IMG/VR virus record: IMGVR_UViG_3300032313_001394
Span: 75,244 to 139,243 of that record
Reading direction: 5' to 3' (one strand)
DNA from: a virus
DNA: 64,000 bases
In this document: positions 30,607-40,631 of the stretch, one piece after another
Layout of the letters: each line of letters begins with the position of its first letter
Position numbering within the stretch: position 1 is the first letter of the stretch
The notes under the pieces: generated by a model
The model's input: the letters and a program-made list of their open reading frames with translations, nothing else
What the model was told of the DNA's origin: nothing
Databases searched by the model: none
Position numbers and translations under genes: made by a program

Positions 30607-30748
30607 CTGTAGTGGGTGGAGTCGAACCACCAAGAGGCAATTAGGTTAAGGACATTGCTAGCTTGTGGTCAACCCATTATCCTTACTTTATTTTGTTATC
30701 CTCGCCCCCGAGACAGGAGGGTGCGTCTGCCAATTTCGCCACGCTACA
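30607..30748 (-). ncRNA. tRNA-Asp(GTC)-like RNA with a 73-nt expanded variable region
   Basis: Acceptor TGTAGCG/CACTACA-G, D arm GGCGAAATTGGCAGACGC, anticodon arm CCCTC-CTGTCTC-GGGGG, T arm GGTGG-TTCGACT-CCACC. Confidence 0.8.
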
Positions 30749-30753
30749 ATCTT

Positions 30754-31173
30754 TTACTCTAAATCTAATTCTAATTGATTAGCCGTATAATTTACAGTAC
30801 TTCCACTTACATGCCCATATGCGGTTGAAGTTGTTGTTAAAGTAAATGGTGGTTGCGCTCTTGTTACACTTAAATTCTGTATGAAATCATCTGTTACAAT
30901 AACACCACTACCACTAGTAGTACCACTACCATAAGTTACTTTAGTGTCTGTTTTACCTGCTTTATATGGATTTACATAATGTGGGCGTTGCCAATTTGGT
31001 GCAGTATCAGGAACAACCCATCCACCTTCACCAATAGGTGAACCAAAATCAGGACAGTCTTTAATTTTATCCAATTCCGAAACAATGGTTTCCCATTGCT
31101 TCGGTGTTGGTCCTTCTTCATTAACTGCTTTAACAAAACCTTTAAGCCAATAAATAAATTGCTCCTTATTCAT
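30754..31173 (-). CDS. hypothetical protein
   Basis: EQFIYWLKGF N-terminus followed by a low-complexity T/G/P tail. Confidence 0.7.
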   Translation of the reverse strand: MNKEQFIYWLKGFVKAVNEEGPTPKQWETIVSELDKIKDCPDFGSPIGEGGWVVPDTAPNWQRPHYVNPYKAGKTDTKVTYGSGTTSGSGVIVTDDFIQNLSVTRAQPPFTLTTTSTAYGHVSGSTVNYTANQLELDLE

Positions 31174-32800
31174 ACATTCCTGGTCCATAATTCATTGCTG
31201 AATTATCATTTTTTTCTTTTTCAGGCTCTTCATATACAATTGCCTCTGTAATAAGTATTGTACCTGCAACTGATACTGCATTCTCTAATGCTAAACGAGT
31301 AACTTTTGTTGGATCAATAATACCGTTTTCAACTAAATTAACAATTGATTTTGATTTTAAATCATAACCATTTGTTGTTTCAGATAATACAACTGAATTA
31401 GCTAACATCCATGTTTCTGTTTCTTCGTACCCAGCATTAGTTAGAATTTTAATAAATGGGGCTAAACAGGCTTTACGAACAATTTGACGACCTAATTCTA
31501 AGTTTGCTGTTTCGTATTCTGTATCTAATTTTTTACGAGCATGTAATAATGCTGATCCACCTCCTGCTACAATACCTTCTTGTAAAGCTGCTTTAGTTGC
31601 ATGTAATGCATCATCAACCCGATCCTTTTTCTCTTTCATTTCAACCTCAGTTGGAGCACCGATATTGATAATTGCTACTCCACCTGTTAATTTACCTAAA
31701 CGTTCTTGTAATTTTTCACGTTCAAAGAATGAAGTTGCTTTATCGATTTGAGATTTTAATTCTTCAATACGAGACTCAATTGATTCTTTTCCACCTTTAC
31801 CATCTACAATTGTAGTTGTTTCTTTAGCTACTGTAACTAAACGAGCAGTTCCTAACCAATCTGAATTAAATTTATCTAAACGCATTCCTTTTTCAGGCGA
31901 TACTACTGTTCCACCTGTTAAAACAGCAATATCTTCTAAGATATGTAAACGACGATCTCCAAAATCAGGTGCTTTAACAGCACATACTTTTAAAATCTGT
32001 CTCATTTTATTTACTAATAAAGTAGATAAAGCTTCACCATCAATATCTTCTGCAATAATCAATAATGGAGAACTTGCTTGTGAACAACCTTCAAGTAATG
32101 GTAATAAATCTTTAACGGCAGTTAAACGACCATTAAAAATTAAAATTTTAGGATCGTTCAATGTACAAGTCATAGCATCATTATTTGTAACGAAATACAT
32201 CGACTTATAACCTTTATCAAACTGAATACCTTCAACAATATCTAAACTAGTTTCACCAATTTTACTTTCTTCAACAGTTACTACCCCATCAGCACCTACT
32301 GCTTTCATTGCTTCAGAAATTAATGTACCAATTTCTTTATCACCATTTGCTGAAATAACAGCTACTTGATGAATTTGATCATCTGAAGTAATATCTTGTG
32401 ATATTTCTTTTAGATTATCGATAACTTCTTTAGCTGCTTTTTCAATACCACGTTTTACTTCTACTGCATTTGAACCAGCTTTAATAGCATTAAAACCATA
32501 TTCAACCATCTCAGAGGCAAGTAAAGTAGTAGTTGTAGTACCGTCACCAGCTAAGTCAGCTGTTTTAATTGCTGCTTGTTTTAAAATTTGAGCACCAACA
32601 TTCTCGATTGGATCTTTTAATGAGATAGATTTTGCAACCGTAACTCCATCTTTTGTTGATGTTGGATTACCACCTTGGTTTTCAATAATTACATTACGAC
32701 CATTTGGTCCTAATGTAGCCGTAACTGCGTCAGATAATTTTTTGACACCTTTTAATAAGCTGGTCTTTGCTTCTTGATTAAATACAATCTGTTTATTCAT
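31166..32800 (-). CDS. groEL: chaperonin GroEL
   Basis: TLGPNGRNV, TKDGVTVAK, AGDGTTT, KAPDFGDRR, GIIDPTKV. Confidence 0.97.
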   Translation of the reverse strand: MNKQIVFNQEAKTSLLKGVKKLSDAVTATLGPNGRNVIIENQGGNPTSTKDGVTVAKSISLKDPIENVGAQILKQAAIKTADLAGDGTTTTTLLASEMVEYGFNAIKAGSNAVEVKRGIEKAAKEVIDNLKEISQDITSDDQIHQVAVISANGDKEIGTLISEAMKAVGADGVVTVEESKIGETSLDIVEGIQFDKGYKSMYFVTNNDAMTCTLNDPKILIFNGRLTAVKDLLPLLEGCSQASSPLLIIAEDIDGEALSTLLVNKMRQILKVCAVKAPDFGDRRLHILEDIAVLTGGTVVSPEKGMRLDKFNSDWLGTARLVTVAKETTTIVDGKGGKESIESRIEELKSQIDKATSFFEREKLQERLGKLTGGVAIINIGAPTEVEMKEKKDRVDDALHATKAALQEGIVAGGGSALLHARKKLDTEYETANLELGRQIVRKACLAPFIKILTNAGYEETETWMLANSVVLSETTNGYDLKSKSIVNLVENGIIDPTKVTRLALENAVSVAGTILITEAIVYEEPEKEKNDNSAMNYGPGMYE

Positions 32801-33089
32801 TTTCGTTTGGAATTAAAGCTAAAACATTTCTTTCACCTGTCACTAGATATTCTACCCCATCATATTCTACTCGTACAGGGCCAATTTTAGGTAGAACTAC
32901 TTTATCGCCTATTTTAAATGATGTAGGAATTAATACTCCATTATCATTAGTGCGACCTGGTCCTACATCTACAATAATTCCGATGTGAGGCATTTCTTTA
33001 CCCATATCTGGGATGACAATAGAACCGTACATTTTATCTTCGGTATCTTCTTGTTTAATTACAATGTTATCAAATACTGCTTTGATCAT
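32793..33089 (-). CDS. groES: co-chaperonin GroES
   Basis: GSIVIPD, VGPG, KIGDKVV, EYLV; directly upstream of groEL. Confidence 0.92.
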   Translation of the reverse strand: MIKAVFDNIVIKQEDTEDKMYGSIVIPDMGKEMPHIGIIVDVGPGRTNDNGVLIPTSFKIGDKVVLPKIGPVRVEYDGVEYLVTGERNVLALIPNENE

Positions 33090-33382
33090 AATGATAATAA
33101 ATTTTTAATTTGAGTTTTAGTATCAGAATATTCATTAATAAATTCATTTAATGAATAATTTTGTTTTTTACTTGCGATTTGGTATTGAATAATTTTATTT
33201 ACAGCAGATGATAATTCGGTAAAACTACCCATAAACCCACTTGTAGGTTTAGTTGAATCTACTACTGTGTAGCTGTATTCATCTACCTGAATTTCATATG
33301 GTGCAATTAATGCATCAGAAATAATGGATTGTGATTTTGTTTGGCCCTTAACACGACCAAATGTTCTTTTTTCTTCCGACAT
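33086..33382 (-). CDS. hypothetical protein
   Basis: 98-aa ORF heading the groES-groEL unit. Confidence 0.7.
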   Translation of the reverse strand: MSEEKRTFGRVKGQTKSQSIISDALIAPYEIQVDEYSYTVVDSTKPTSGFMGSFTELSSAVNKIIQYQIASKKQNYSLNEFINEYSDTKTQIKNLLSL

Positions 33383-33456
33383 AACTTTTATTTTATTTTG
33401 TACTAATAATATAACTAAGAAAATTATGATTTCCTACTTTATATATATAAATATAC

Positions 33457-34173
33457 CTAAGTTTGAGAAGCCATAATAAAGTATTGAGAAATTACATCAC
33501 CTTCAGAAAACATTAAATGCATTAATCCATCTCCATTTACTTTCATTTCAGCATTATCAAAGTTTTTATTAGTTGCTAATATTTCTTTTAATACATCTGA
33601 TGGAAATAATAATGAAGTAAATGGAAATCCTTCAGTTACTGCCGGTATATTAAATTCTAATTTATTAGCATATCCTGATGGATCACCTAATATAATACGA
33701 GCAGTATTAGTTTGTGGTTCTAATGTGAATGTTTTAATATCGGATCCCAATGCTTTTTTACAATCAATAAATCGAGTAACGAAATCAGGTTCCATAACAT
33801 ATGTTAACTGATAATCAATATCTATAACATTAGGTGTTTTGGGAATTAATGAAATATCAGATAATGAAAACATCATTTTATACTGATTATCTTCAATTAG
33901 TAATTTTTCTACAATATTAGATGTAACTTTATACTGAATATCAATATTAGTATCTAAAATATTTAGTAGTTTTAATAATGGAGATGTTTCAAATATACCA
34001 AATTCAGCATCAGGTAATTCAATTGGTAATGCAATTTCACCTACTACATCACGATTAGTTGTAGAAAATGGAATAACTAATACATTGTTTTTAATGTTGA
34101 ACTTGACTGCTTCAGTCAGTCCATTCAGATAATATTTTTCAATACTATCTACTAATTTACGTTTATCGATCAT
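33457..34173 (-). CDS. sliding clamp (gp45/PCNA-like)
   Basis: 238 aa, FGIFETSPLLKLL, C-terminal GLMHLMF...SQYF; between polymerase and clamp loader. Confidence 0.75.
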   Translation of the reverse strand: MIDKRKLVDSIEKYYLNGLTEAVKFNIKNNVLVIPFSTTNRDVVGEIALPIELPDAEFGIFETSPLLKLLNILDTNIDIQYKVTSNIVEKLLIEDNQYKMMFSLSDISLIPKTPNVIDIDYQLTYVMEPDFVTRFIDCKKALGSDIKTFTLEPQTNTARIILGDPSGYANKLEFNIPAVTEGFPFTSLLFPSDVLKEILATNKNFDNAEMKVNGDGLMHLMFSEGDVISQYFIMASQT

Positions 34174-34195
34174 AACCTTAATTTAATAAAGAAAT

Positions 34196-34840
34196 TTAGT
34201 TTAGCTTTAAAAGCATACCAATTCCCATATAAGCATTTGGACGCATAGAACCTTCATGTACATTACCACCAACTTGTAATTGAAGTAAATTATCATTTAA
34301 TGATTTACGAACAATTGATAACCCAAATGATTGGAAGGGTTGTGTAAAGTTTGTAGTCATATGTGGTCCCATATACCATTGTATTGTTTTTGGTCGATAT
34401 ACCTCTACAATTCGTTCCTTAATTTTTGGTTTTACATCTGCAATCCATCTTCTACTTACTAGGCGATTATGTGAAATTGTATCTGTAATTATAACATTGC
34501 CAACACCTTCTTCTAATGTTAGTACTTCTCTATGTACATTCTTTGGATAGTATTGTTGCAGAATAGCAACAGTATCTAATGCTGTTGGAGCAGTTGGTAC
34601 ATTTACTAGTTTATACTCAATTTGTGGAACTTTTACAATCTGTGGTTTTGATTTTTTAATCTTTACCTGTGGTACATATTTAATTTGAGTAACATTAATT
34701 GTTTGAGGTTGTTTTATTGGAATTACTTTAGATACGGTAGCAACTCCGTTCTTATATGTTTTAATAATAATAAATTTTTGTTTTTGGCCAAACGCTGACA
34801 CTCCCATCAGCATTAGTAATAGTATGTATAACTTTTTCAT
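34196..34840 (-). CDS. exported beta-rich protein
   Basis: Signal peptide; DTV/DTI motifs; beta-strand C-terminus. Confidence 0.65.
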   Translation of the reverse strand: MKKLYILLLMLMGVSAFGQKQKFIIIKTYKNGVATVSKVIPIKQPQTINVTQIKYVPQVKIKKSKPQIVKVPQIEYKLVNVPTAPTALDTVAILQQYYPKNVHREVLTLEEGVGNVIITDTISHNRLVSRRWIADVKPKIKERIVEVYRPKTIQWYMGPHMTTNFTQPFQSFGLSIVRKSLNDNLLQLQVGGNVHEGSMRPNAYMGIGMLLKLN

Positions 34841-34860
34841 CGTATATAAATATATATTTT

Positions 34861-37437
34861 TTAATTAAAAGTGAAAAATTTATTAATATTTGCATTAAAT
34901 ATAGGCATCCCCCAACCAATATCTGAATATAATGATTCGATTTTATTTTTCATTATATTATCAAATAATAATCCTCTATCGATATATTTTTCAATAAAAT
35001 CAGTAATTTGAGATGGATCATTATAACCATTAAAACCAATACAATCTATTTTATATGGATTATCTTTTAAATAAGCAATTAACATCTTATCACCAACTTG
35101 AAATGCAGAATATTGTTTATCTAATTGTTTAAAACGTAATAAGTCATTATAACGAATAGCTGCTTTAGTATTGATTGGGCATTTAGTTTTTAATTTACTA
35201 AATATTTCACCATTACATGGTTTGGATTCTAAATATGAACTTAATTGTTTTAAACCGGTTGGTTTTAATAATTGACGCCAATCGATTGTATTTACTTTAG
35301 TTTTAAAGTCAAGTAATTGTTTATCTATTTCATGTTTGGCTTTACCAAATATAATTTGATTTAATATTGACTCACCAAATTGTCTAAATAATGGTGGAAA
35401 ATTTGATTTCATCAAATCTAATCCTTTAATATCTAGTTCTTCAACAGGTACACCTTCCTTATTTACAATAAACATTGCATAACGTCTTTTACCTGCAAAA
35501 TAACCTCGTTCAAGTACTACTTCTTGTTTTAATTCAAAATAATGAGGACGATCATGTAAATTAAATAAATCAACAACTAATGTATTTAGATGTTCATTAG
35601 CAACTTTCTGTACTTCAGTTGCAATTTCTAAAACATGTTTAACTGTTTCTTCTCTATTGCTTAAATCTAAATCAGGAAAACGTTTTTTAGCTAATTGTTT
35701 ACATTGAATAAATAATGAATCGGTATCTGATGTAACAATATAATCTACATCTTGAGTACCTACTTGTTCATTCATCCATTTATTTACAAATTTAATAGAT
35801 TCTTGAGTTAGTCGTTGACCAGTTAATGTAATGGCTTTAGATATCATTTTATGACCATCTGTGTATCGCCATGAATTTTTAGCAAACACACCATAAACAT
35901 CATTTAATTTAATTTTATATGCATGTTGACGTCTATTATAAAAATCACCCATAACTGGATCTTTATCGACTTTAAATGCTTTTTTCATTAAATCCTTATA
36001 TTCAACCCTTTTATTAAACCAATCCTCTAATATATTACAAACGATAGATTCTTTTGATTTATCAAATATAACACCAGGAGCAGATATGATTAAATTAGCA
36101 TTTTTAACCATATTAGTCATTATACCTGCTGTTGTTTCTCTTAATATAGTTGTTCTATCAGGTAATACTTTTTCAACAGTAATTGGTGTATCTGGGTCCA
36201 TTGATTCTAATATATCTAATGACCATTGATTATCATATTTATCTTTATTTACAATACGACCAACTAATGTTTCAATACCAATATTTAAAGAACGAATAAT
36301 TGATGGATATAGTGATGTAAAGTCTAAGTCAATAACCCATTCATATAAACCAGGTACAGGATCTTTTAAATAACCACCTGCATATTCTTCTTCAACATCT
36401 TTTAATATTGGATTTAATGTAGTAGGTTTATTAGGAGATACAATATTCTTACGTTTTAAATAAGTTAAAATAGCACCATCATTTAATGCAGTTGAATAGT
36501 ACATATTTTCATACTTAGTATGACATAAGTGACCAATTGTAACTGTTAAGTCAATAAATTTTAATTTTTCTTCTAATTTAACTAGAATTTCAACGTCACG
36601 AATATTATATTCAATGAATTTAGTTACATCATCTCTAAATAATTTATCTAATGAACCATAATATTCAATTTTACCTAACTTAACATATTTTTCTCCAATA
36701 TCACCTAATTTATATGATGATTCTTGCTTCATGACAAATTTTTTAAATAATTGCATGTAGTCAAGATGATTAATACCTCCAATTATAACTGGACAATCTG
36801 TATTTTGTGGATTAACTTTAACTTTACGAATCGGAGATAAGCGGTCAGCTTGTGATTTACCTAATACTTTAGCAATACGTTGGTAAGTATAACCTACGTC
36901 AAAGAATTCACTATTCCAACCCGAGATTATCGTGGGATCTATTTCCTCCCATTTATCGAGGAATTGTTGCAGCAGGACTTTTTCGGAAAGACACGATATA
37001 ACAATTTTATCGTCTTGAGTATAATTTTCAAGTAATTTATTTTCATCTAGAATATAACAATAATATTGTTTAGTTGTTGCATCATATAAAGCAATTGATG
37101 TAATTTTCGTAGGTGTTTCAATTATTGTAGTAGGTGTTAATGCACCTGCAATTTCACACTCAATATCAAAAAATACAACATTATGATATGATGGTGTATC
37201 GTCTGATTCTGAATATAAATCTACTAAAACACGTGTTTCTTTATCAACATCAGTTTCATAACAATCGGATTCATATTTTTTAGTAGGAGAAACCGGATCA
37301 CCAAATAATGTTTTATAAGTACCTTTAGGATCGGGTTTATAGAATGTTGGTTGATATTCGAATTCTTGCCATCCTAATTTATCATCACGTAAATGATATT
37401 TTTTTTCTTTATAATCGTAATAGATTGATTGAAACAT
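34861..37437 (-). CDS. family B DNA polymerase
   Basis: Exo DIE, GWNSEFFD, YNIRDV; pol DFTSLYPS, KIKLNDVYG, DTDS, KRRY. Confidence 0.97.
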   Translation of the reverse strand: MFQSIYYDYKEKKYHLRDDKLGWQEFEYQPTFYKPDPKGTYKTLFGDPVSPTKKYESDCYETDVDKETRVLVDLYSESDDTPSYHNVVFFDIECEIAGALTPTTIIETPTKITSIALYDATTKQYYCYILDENKLLENYTQDDKIVISCLSEKVLLQQFLDKWEEIDPTIISGWNSEFFDVGYTYQRIAKVLGKSQADRLSPIRKVKVNPQNTDCPVIIGGINHLDYMQLFKKFVMKQESSYKLGDIGEKYVKLGKIEYYGSLDKLFRDDVTKFIEYNIRDVEILVKLEEKLKFIDLTVTIGHLCHTKYENMYYSTALNDGAILTYLKRKNIVSPNKPTTLNPILKDVEEEYAGGYLKDPVPGLYEWVIDLDFTSLYPSIIRSLNIGIETLVGRIVNKDKYDNQWSLDILESMDPDTPITVEKVLPDRTTILRETTAGIMTNMVKNANLIISAPGVIFDKSKESIVCNILEDWFNKRVEYKDLMKKAFKVDKDPVMGDFYNRRQHAYKIKLNDVYGVFAKNSWRYTDGHKMISKAITLTGQRLTQESIKFVNKWMNEQVGTQDVDYIVTSDTDSLFIQCKQLAKKRFPDLDLSNREETVKHVLEIATEVQKVANEHLNTLVVDLFNLHDRPHYFELKQEVVLERGYFAGKRRYAMFIVNKEGVPVEELDIKGLDLMKSNFPPLFRQFGESILNQIIFGKAKHEIDKQLLDFKTKVNTIDWRQLLKPTGLKQLSSYLESKPCNGEIFSKLKTKCPINTKAAIRYNDLLRFKQLDKQYSAFQVGDKMLIAYLKDNPYKIDCIGFNGYNDPSQITDFIEKYIDRGLLFDNIMKNKIESLYSDIGWGMPIFNANINKFFTFN

Positions 37438-37461
37438 ATAACCTTTTTATTTTCAATATAA

Positions 37462-38454
37462 TTAAGAAAACATTTGAGATTGAATCCATTTATACGTTTT
37501 TTCTAAACCAATATAAAGTGGTTGTGTAGGTTCCCATCCTAATTTTTCCTTAATTAATGTATTGTCTGAATTTCTTCCTCTAACACCTTCAGGTCCAGAA
37601 ATATTTTTAATTCCTGCTCGTTTACCTGCTAGTTTAATAACTAACTTAGTTAAATCATTAATAGAAATTATTTCATTAGAACCAATATTGACTGGATCTA
37701 TAAATTGGGAATCCATTAAACGACGAACACCTTCTAAACATTCATCAATATATAAAAATGAACGTGTTTGTAAACCATCACCCCATATTTCAATTTCTTC
37801 ATCCATTAATGAATCAGCTACTTTACGGCATATTGCTGCTGGTGCTTTTTCTTTACCTCCATAAAATGTACTTTCAGGACCGAAAATATTATGGAAACGA
37901 GCAATACGAACATCTAAACCATAATTCCGATTAAATGCTAAGTATAATCTTTCACTAAATAATTTTTCCCATCCATATTCAGAATCTGGGTTGGCTGGAT
38001 ATGCAGATGACTCTTCGCAATTTGGATTATTTGGATCTAATTGATTATGTTCTGGATACATACAAGCTGAAGATGAATAGAATATTTTTTTAATTGATTT
38101 TTTTACAGCTTCATGTACTACATTTAAATTTATTAATGCTGAACTATGCATTACATTTGCATCATTTTCACCAGTAAAAATATAACCGGCTCCTCCCATG
38201 TCTGCTGCTAATTGATATACTTCATCAAATGAGTTTATATTATCTTGTTCAGATAATTGATTTGGAGCATACATTACTTTAGATACTAATGATGGGTTTC
38301 TTAAATCCCCAACAATAAATTCATCGGCTTTAGATGATGAAAATTCGGGTAATTTTAAATCAACTCCTCGTACCCAATAACCTTCTGATTTTAATTTTGT
38401 AACTAAATGATTTCCAATAAAACCACCAGCTCCTAATACTAATGCTGTTTTCAT
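37462..38454 (-). CDS. GDP-mannose 3,5-epimerase-like SDR
   Basis: GAGGFIG, LAADMGGAGYI, SSACMYP, YGWEK, RFHNIFGP, EKAPAAICRK, GVRGRNSDN. Confidence 0.9.
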   Translation of the reverse strand: MKTALVLGAGGFIGNHLVTKLKSEGYWVRGVDLKLPEFSSSKADEFIVGDLRNPSLVSKVMYAPNQLSEQDNINSFDEVYQLAADMGGAGYIFTGENDANVMHSSALINLNVVHEAVKKSIKKIFYSSSACMYPEHNQLDPNNPNCEESSAYPANPDSEYGWEKLFSERLYLAFNRNYGLDVRIARFHNIFGPESTFYGGKEKAPAAICRKVADSLMDEEIEIWGDGLQTRSFLYIDECLEGVRRLMDSQFIDPVNIGSNEIISINDLTKLVIKLAGKRAGIKNISGPEGVRGRNSDNTLIKEKLGWEPTQPLYIGLEKTYKWIQSQMFS

Positions 38455-38457
38455 ATA

Positions 38458-39828
38458 TTATTTATAATTTTTTAGATAATAATTTAAATCTTCAGGGGTA
38501 CCTAACCCCCACATTTGGGTAGCTAAAAACGGTCTTATTTGTTTTTTATCTTGAATAGCTTGATTAAATACAGGACAAACATAAAATTCATTATTTACTC
38601 TAATATTTTTATCAATCATTTGTTCAGCATATTTAACAAAATCAGAACCATGTTTCCAATAATAATATCCTACTGTAGCATTATCTGATATTGGATTTTT
38701 TTCTTCTACTAAATCTATTAATCCAGTATTTTCATCTATTTGGGCAAATGACCATTTAGGATGAGTAGATTTAAATATAACTATACCCCCATCAGCTTCA
38801 GTTTCATTCATTTTATACATAAACTCATTTGAGTCCCATTCAACAAACTGATCAGAATTAGCAAAAAACAAAGGAGCATTATTATTAATATAATCTTTAG
38901 CTAATAATGCTGTACAAGCTGCTCCTTCTGTTAAACCATCTACTTCTACAATTTTACAATTTGGAGTAATTAAATTTAATAATGTATCTAAATTATATTT
39001 TTGACGATGGTTCTTTTGAACAACATAAATATAATTAGCATCAATATTTAAATTTTCAACTACAACCTGGATCATAGGTTTATTATTTATATCAATTAAA
39101 GGTTTAGGAAATGTATATCCTGCTTGTTCGAATCGAGAACCAGCTCCCGCCATTGGAATTAATACATTTAATTTTCCATCTTGCCATTTTGGAATATTCA
39201 TGTGTTTATTTTTATTTAATTTATTTATTATTTTTTCTAATGTTAAATCAGATGGATTATCTACTCTTAAAACATTTGCTCTACTTCTACTAGCTGCAAG
39301 TAATCCATGAGGTGAATCTTCTACAATAAGAGTTTCTTCGGGTAAACAACTCATCATACTCATTGTTTTCCAATACATTTCTGGATGTGGTTTAGAATTT
39401 TTTACATCTTCATTAGATATAATTAAATCCATAAACTCAATTATACCTATTTTTGCTAACATAACTAATACAGACCTTCTAATTGAGTTTGAAGCACATG
39501 CTAACTTATACCCACCATCTCTCAATTCTTTAAACAATTTAATCTTTTCTGAATCCGGCTGTAATTTGGATATTGCTTCAATCGTTAGATGTTGTTTTCT
39601 AAACCAAATATTATCATAAAGTTCAAGATGTAATCCTTTATTTTGGGTAAGTAATTCTAATTTTTGAGTTGTTTTTAATCCATCATATATTGATAGATGT
39701 TCGGTTTCAGTAATTATATATTCATTACCATACTCTTTTAAAGCTTGATTTAAAGTATCATAATGAATTTTTTTAGCTTCTACTAAAACTCCATCTAAAT
39801 CAAATATAATTAATTTTATTTTAGTCAT
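38458..39828 (-). CDS. HAD phosphatase fused to sugar-phosphate nucleotidyltransferase
   Basis: DLDGVL, KPHP, EDS; then IPMAGAGSRF, PKPLI, NSDQ, GLGTPEDL. Confidence 0.9.
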   Translation of the reverse strand: MTKIKLIIFDLDGVLVEAKKIHYDTLNQALKEYGNEYIITETEHLSIYDGLKTTQKLELLTQNKGLHLELYDNIWFRKQHLTIEAISKLQPDSEKIKLFKELRDGGYKLACASNSIRRSVLVMLAKIGIIEFMDLIISNEDVKNSKPHPEMYWKTMSMMSCLPEETLIVEDSPHGLLAASRSRANVLRVDNPSDLTLEKIINKLNKNKHMNIPKWQDGKLNVLIPMAGAGSRFEQAGYTFPKPLIDINNKPMIQVVVENLNIDANYIYVVQKNHRQKYNLDTLLNLITPNCKIVEVDGLTEGAACTALLAKDYINNNAPLFFANSDQFVEWDSNEFMYKMNETEADGGIVIFKSTHPKWSFAQIDENTGLIDLVEEKNPISDNATVGYYYWKHGSDFVKYAEQMIDKNIRVNNEFYVCPVFNQAIQDKKQIRPFLATQMWGLGTPEDLNYYLKNYK

Positions 39829-40631
39829 TAAAATTTATTAAGATCTTTTATTAACGATCTATATTTCTGTTCATTTAAAGTTAATATATTTTTTTCAAAA
39901 TATGGATAAAAATAATATCTAGGAATTTGAGGTTCTTTAGGAAATTCTTTTATGTTTTGCCAATGTTCAGGCCAACACCCCCATTTATCAAAAAATAAAT
40001 CCCAGTTATATCCATGCCACTCATGACTATGAAATTGACCATTTAAATTGTGGATTTGGTCAATAAATTTTTCATATGGGTCTTCTATAACATTATGCTG
40101 TCTGTGATGCCATAAACCATCATTTATACTTATTTTATCTTTATGCATAACATAGGCATTCATAAAATAATCTGCTTCTTGATATCCTATTGAGCAAAAT
40201 CTTTCATCAAATATTCCTATATGTTTGATTGCATCAACATTAAAACTCATCAATTGATCCCCAGCTCCAATTTGTATAAAATCATATAGATTATGGTATT
40301 CTATTAAATTAGAAAAACAGTTAGGTTTTACAAAAGTATCATTTTGTAATGTTATAACTAAATCAGTATCTGGATTATTTAAATCTTTAAATCCATTTAT
40401 AATTGATTGATTCCAATTTCGTGATAAATGACCATTTGAAAAATCGGGTCTTAATATATTATTTAATACTTTTAAATTAGGATAATGATCAAATCCTATT
40501 AATTCAGAATAATTGTTTATAATATTTACATTATAATCATATTGTAATAAATCACTTGAATATAATCTTTCTAAGTTTTCTCTTAATACATTATCATTAT
40601 TGTAGGTTACAATATATATTTTTATTTTCAT
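39828..40631 (-). CDS. GT2-like glycosyltransferase
   Basis: IVTYN, LSRNWN, LQND, GIFDERF. Confidence 0.75.
   Translation of the reverse strand: MKIKIYIVTYNNDNVLRENLERLYSSDLLQYDYNVNIINNYSELIGFDHYPNLKVLNNILRPDFSNGHLSRNWNQSIINGFKDLNNPDTDLVITLQNDTFVKPNCFSNLIEYHNLYDFIQIGAGDQLMSFNVDAIKHIGIFDERFCSIGYQEADYFMNAYVMHKDKISINDGLWHHRQHNVIEDPYEKFIDQIHNLNGQFHSHEWHGYNWDLFFDKWGCWPEHWQNIKEFPKEPQIPRYYFYPYFEKNILTLNEQKYRSLIKDLNKF

Noticed and set aside
30607-30748. tmRNA or a group I/II intron-containing tRNA
   Set aside because: Has a full anticodon arm, no G3-U70 alanine identity or tag ORF, and the 73-nt insert is far too short for a self-splicing intron
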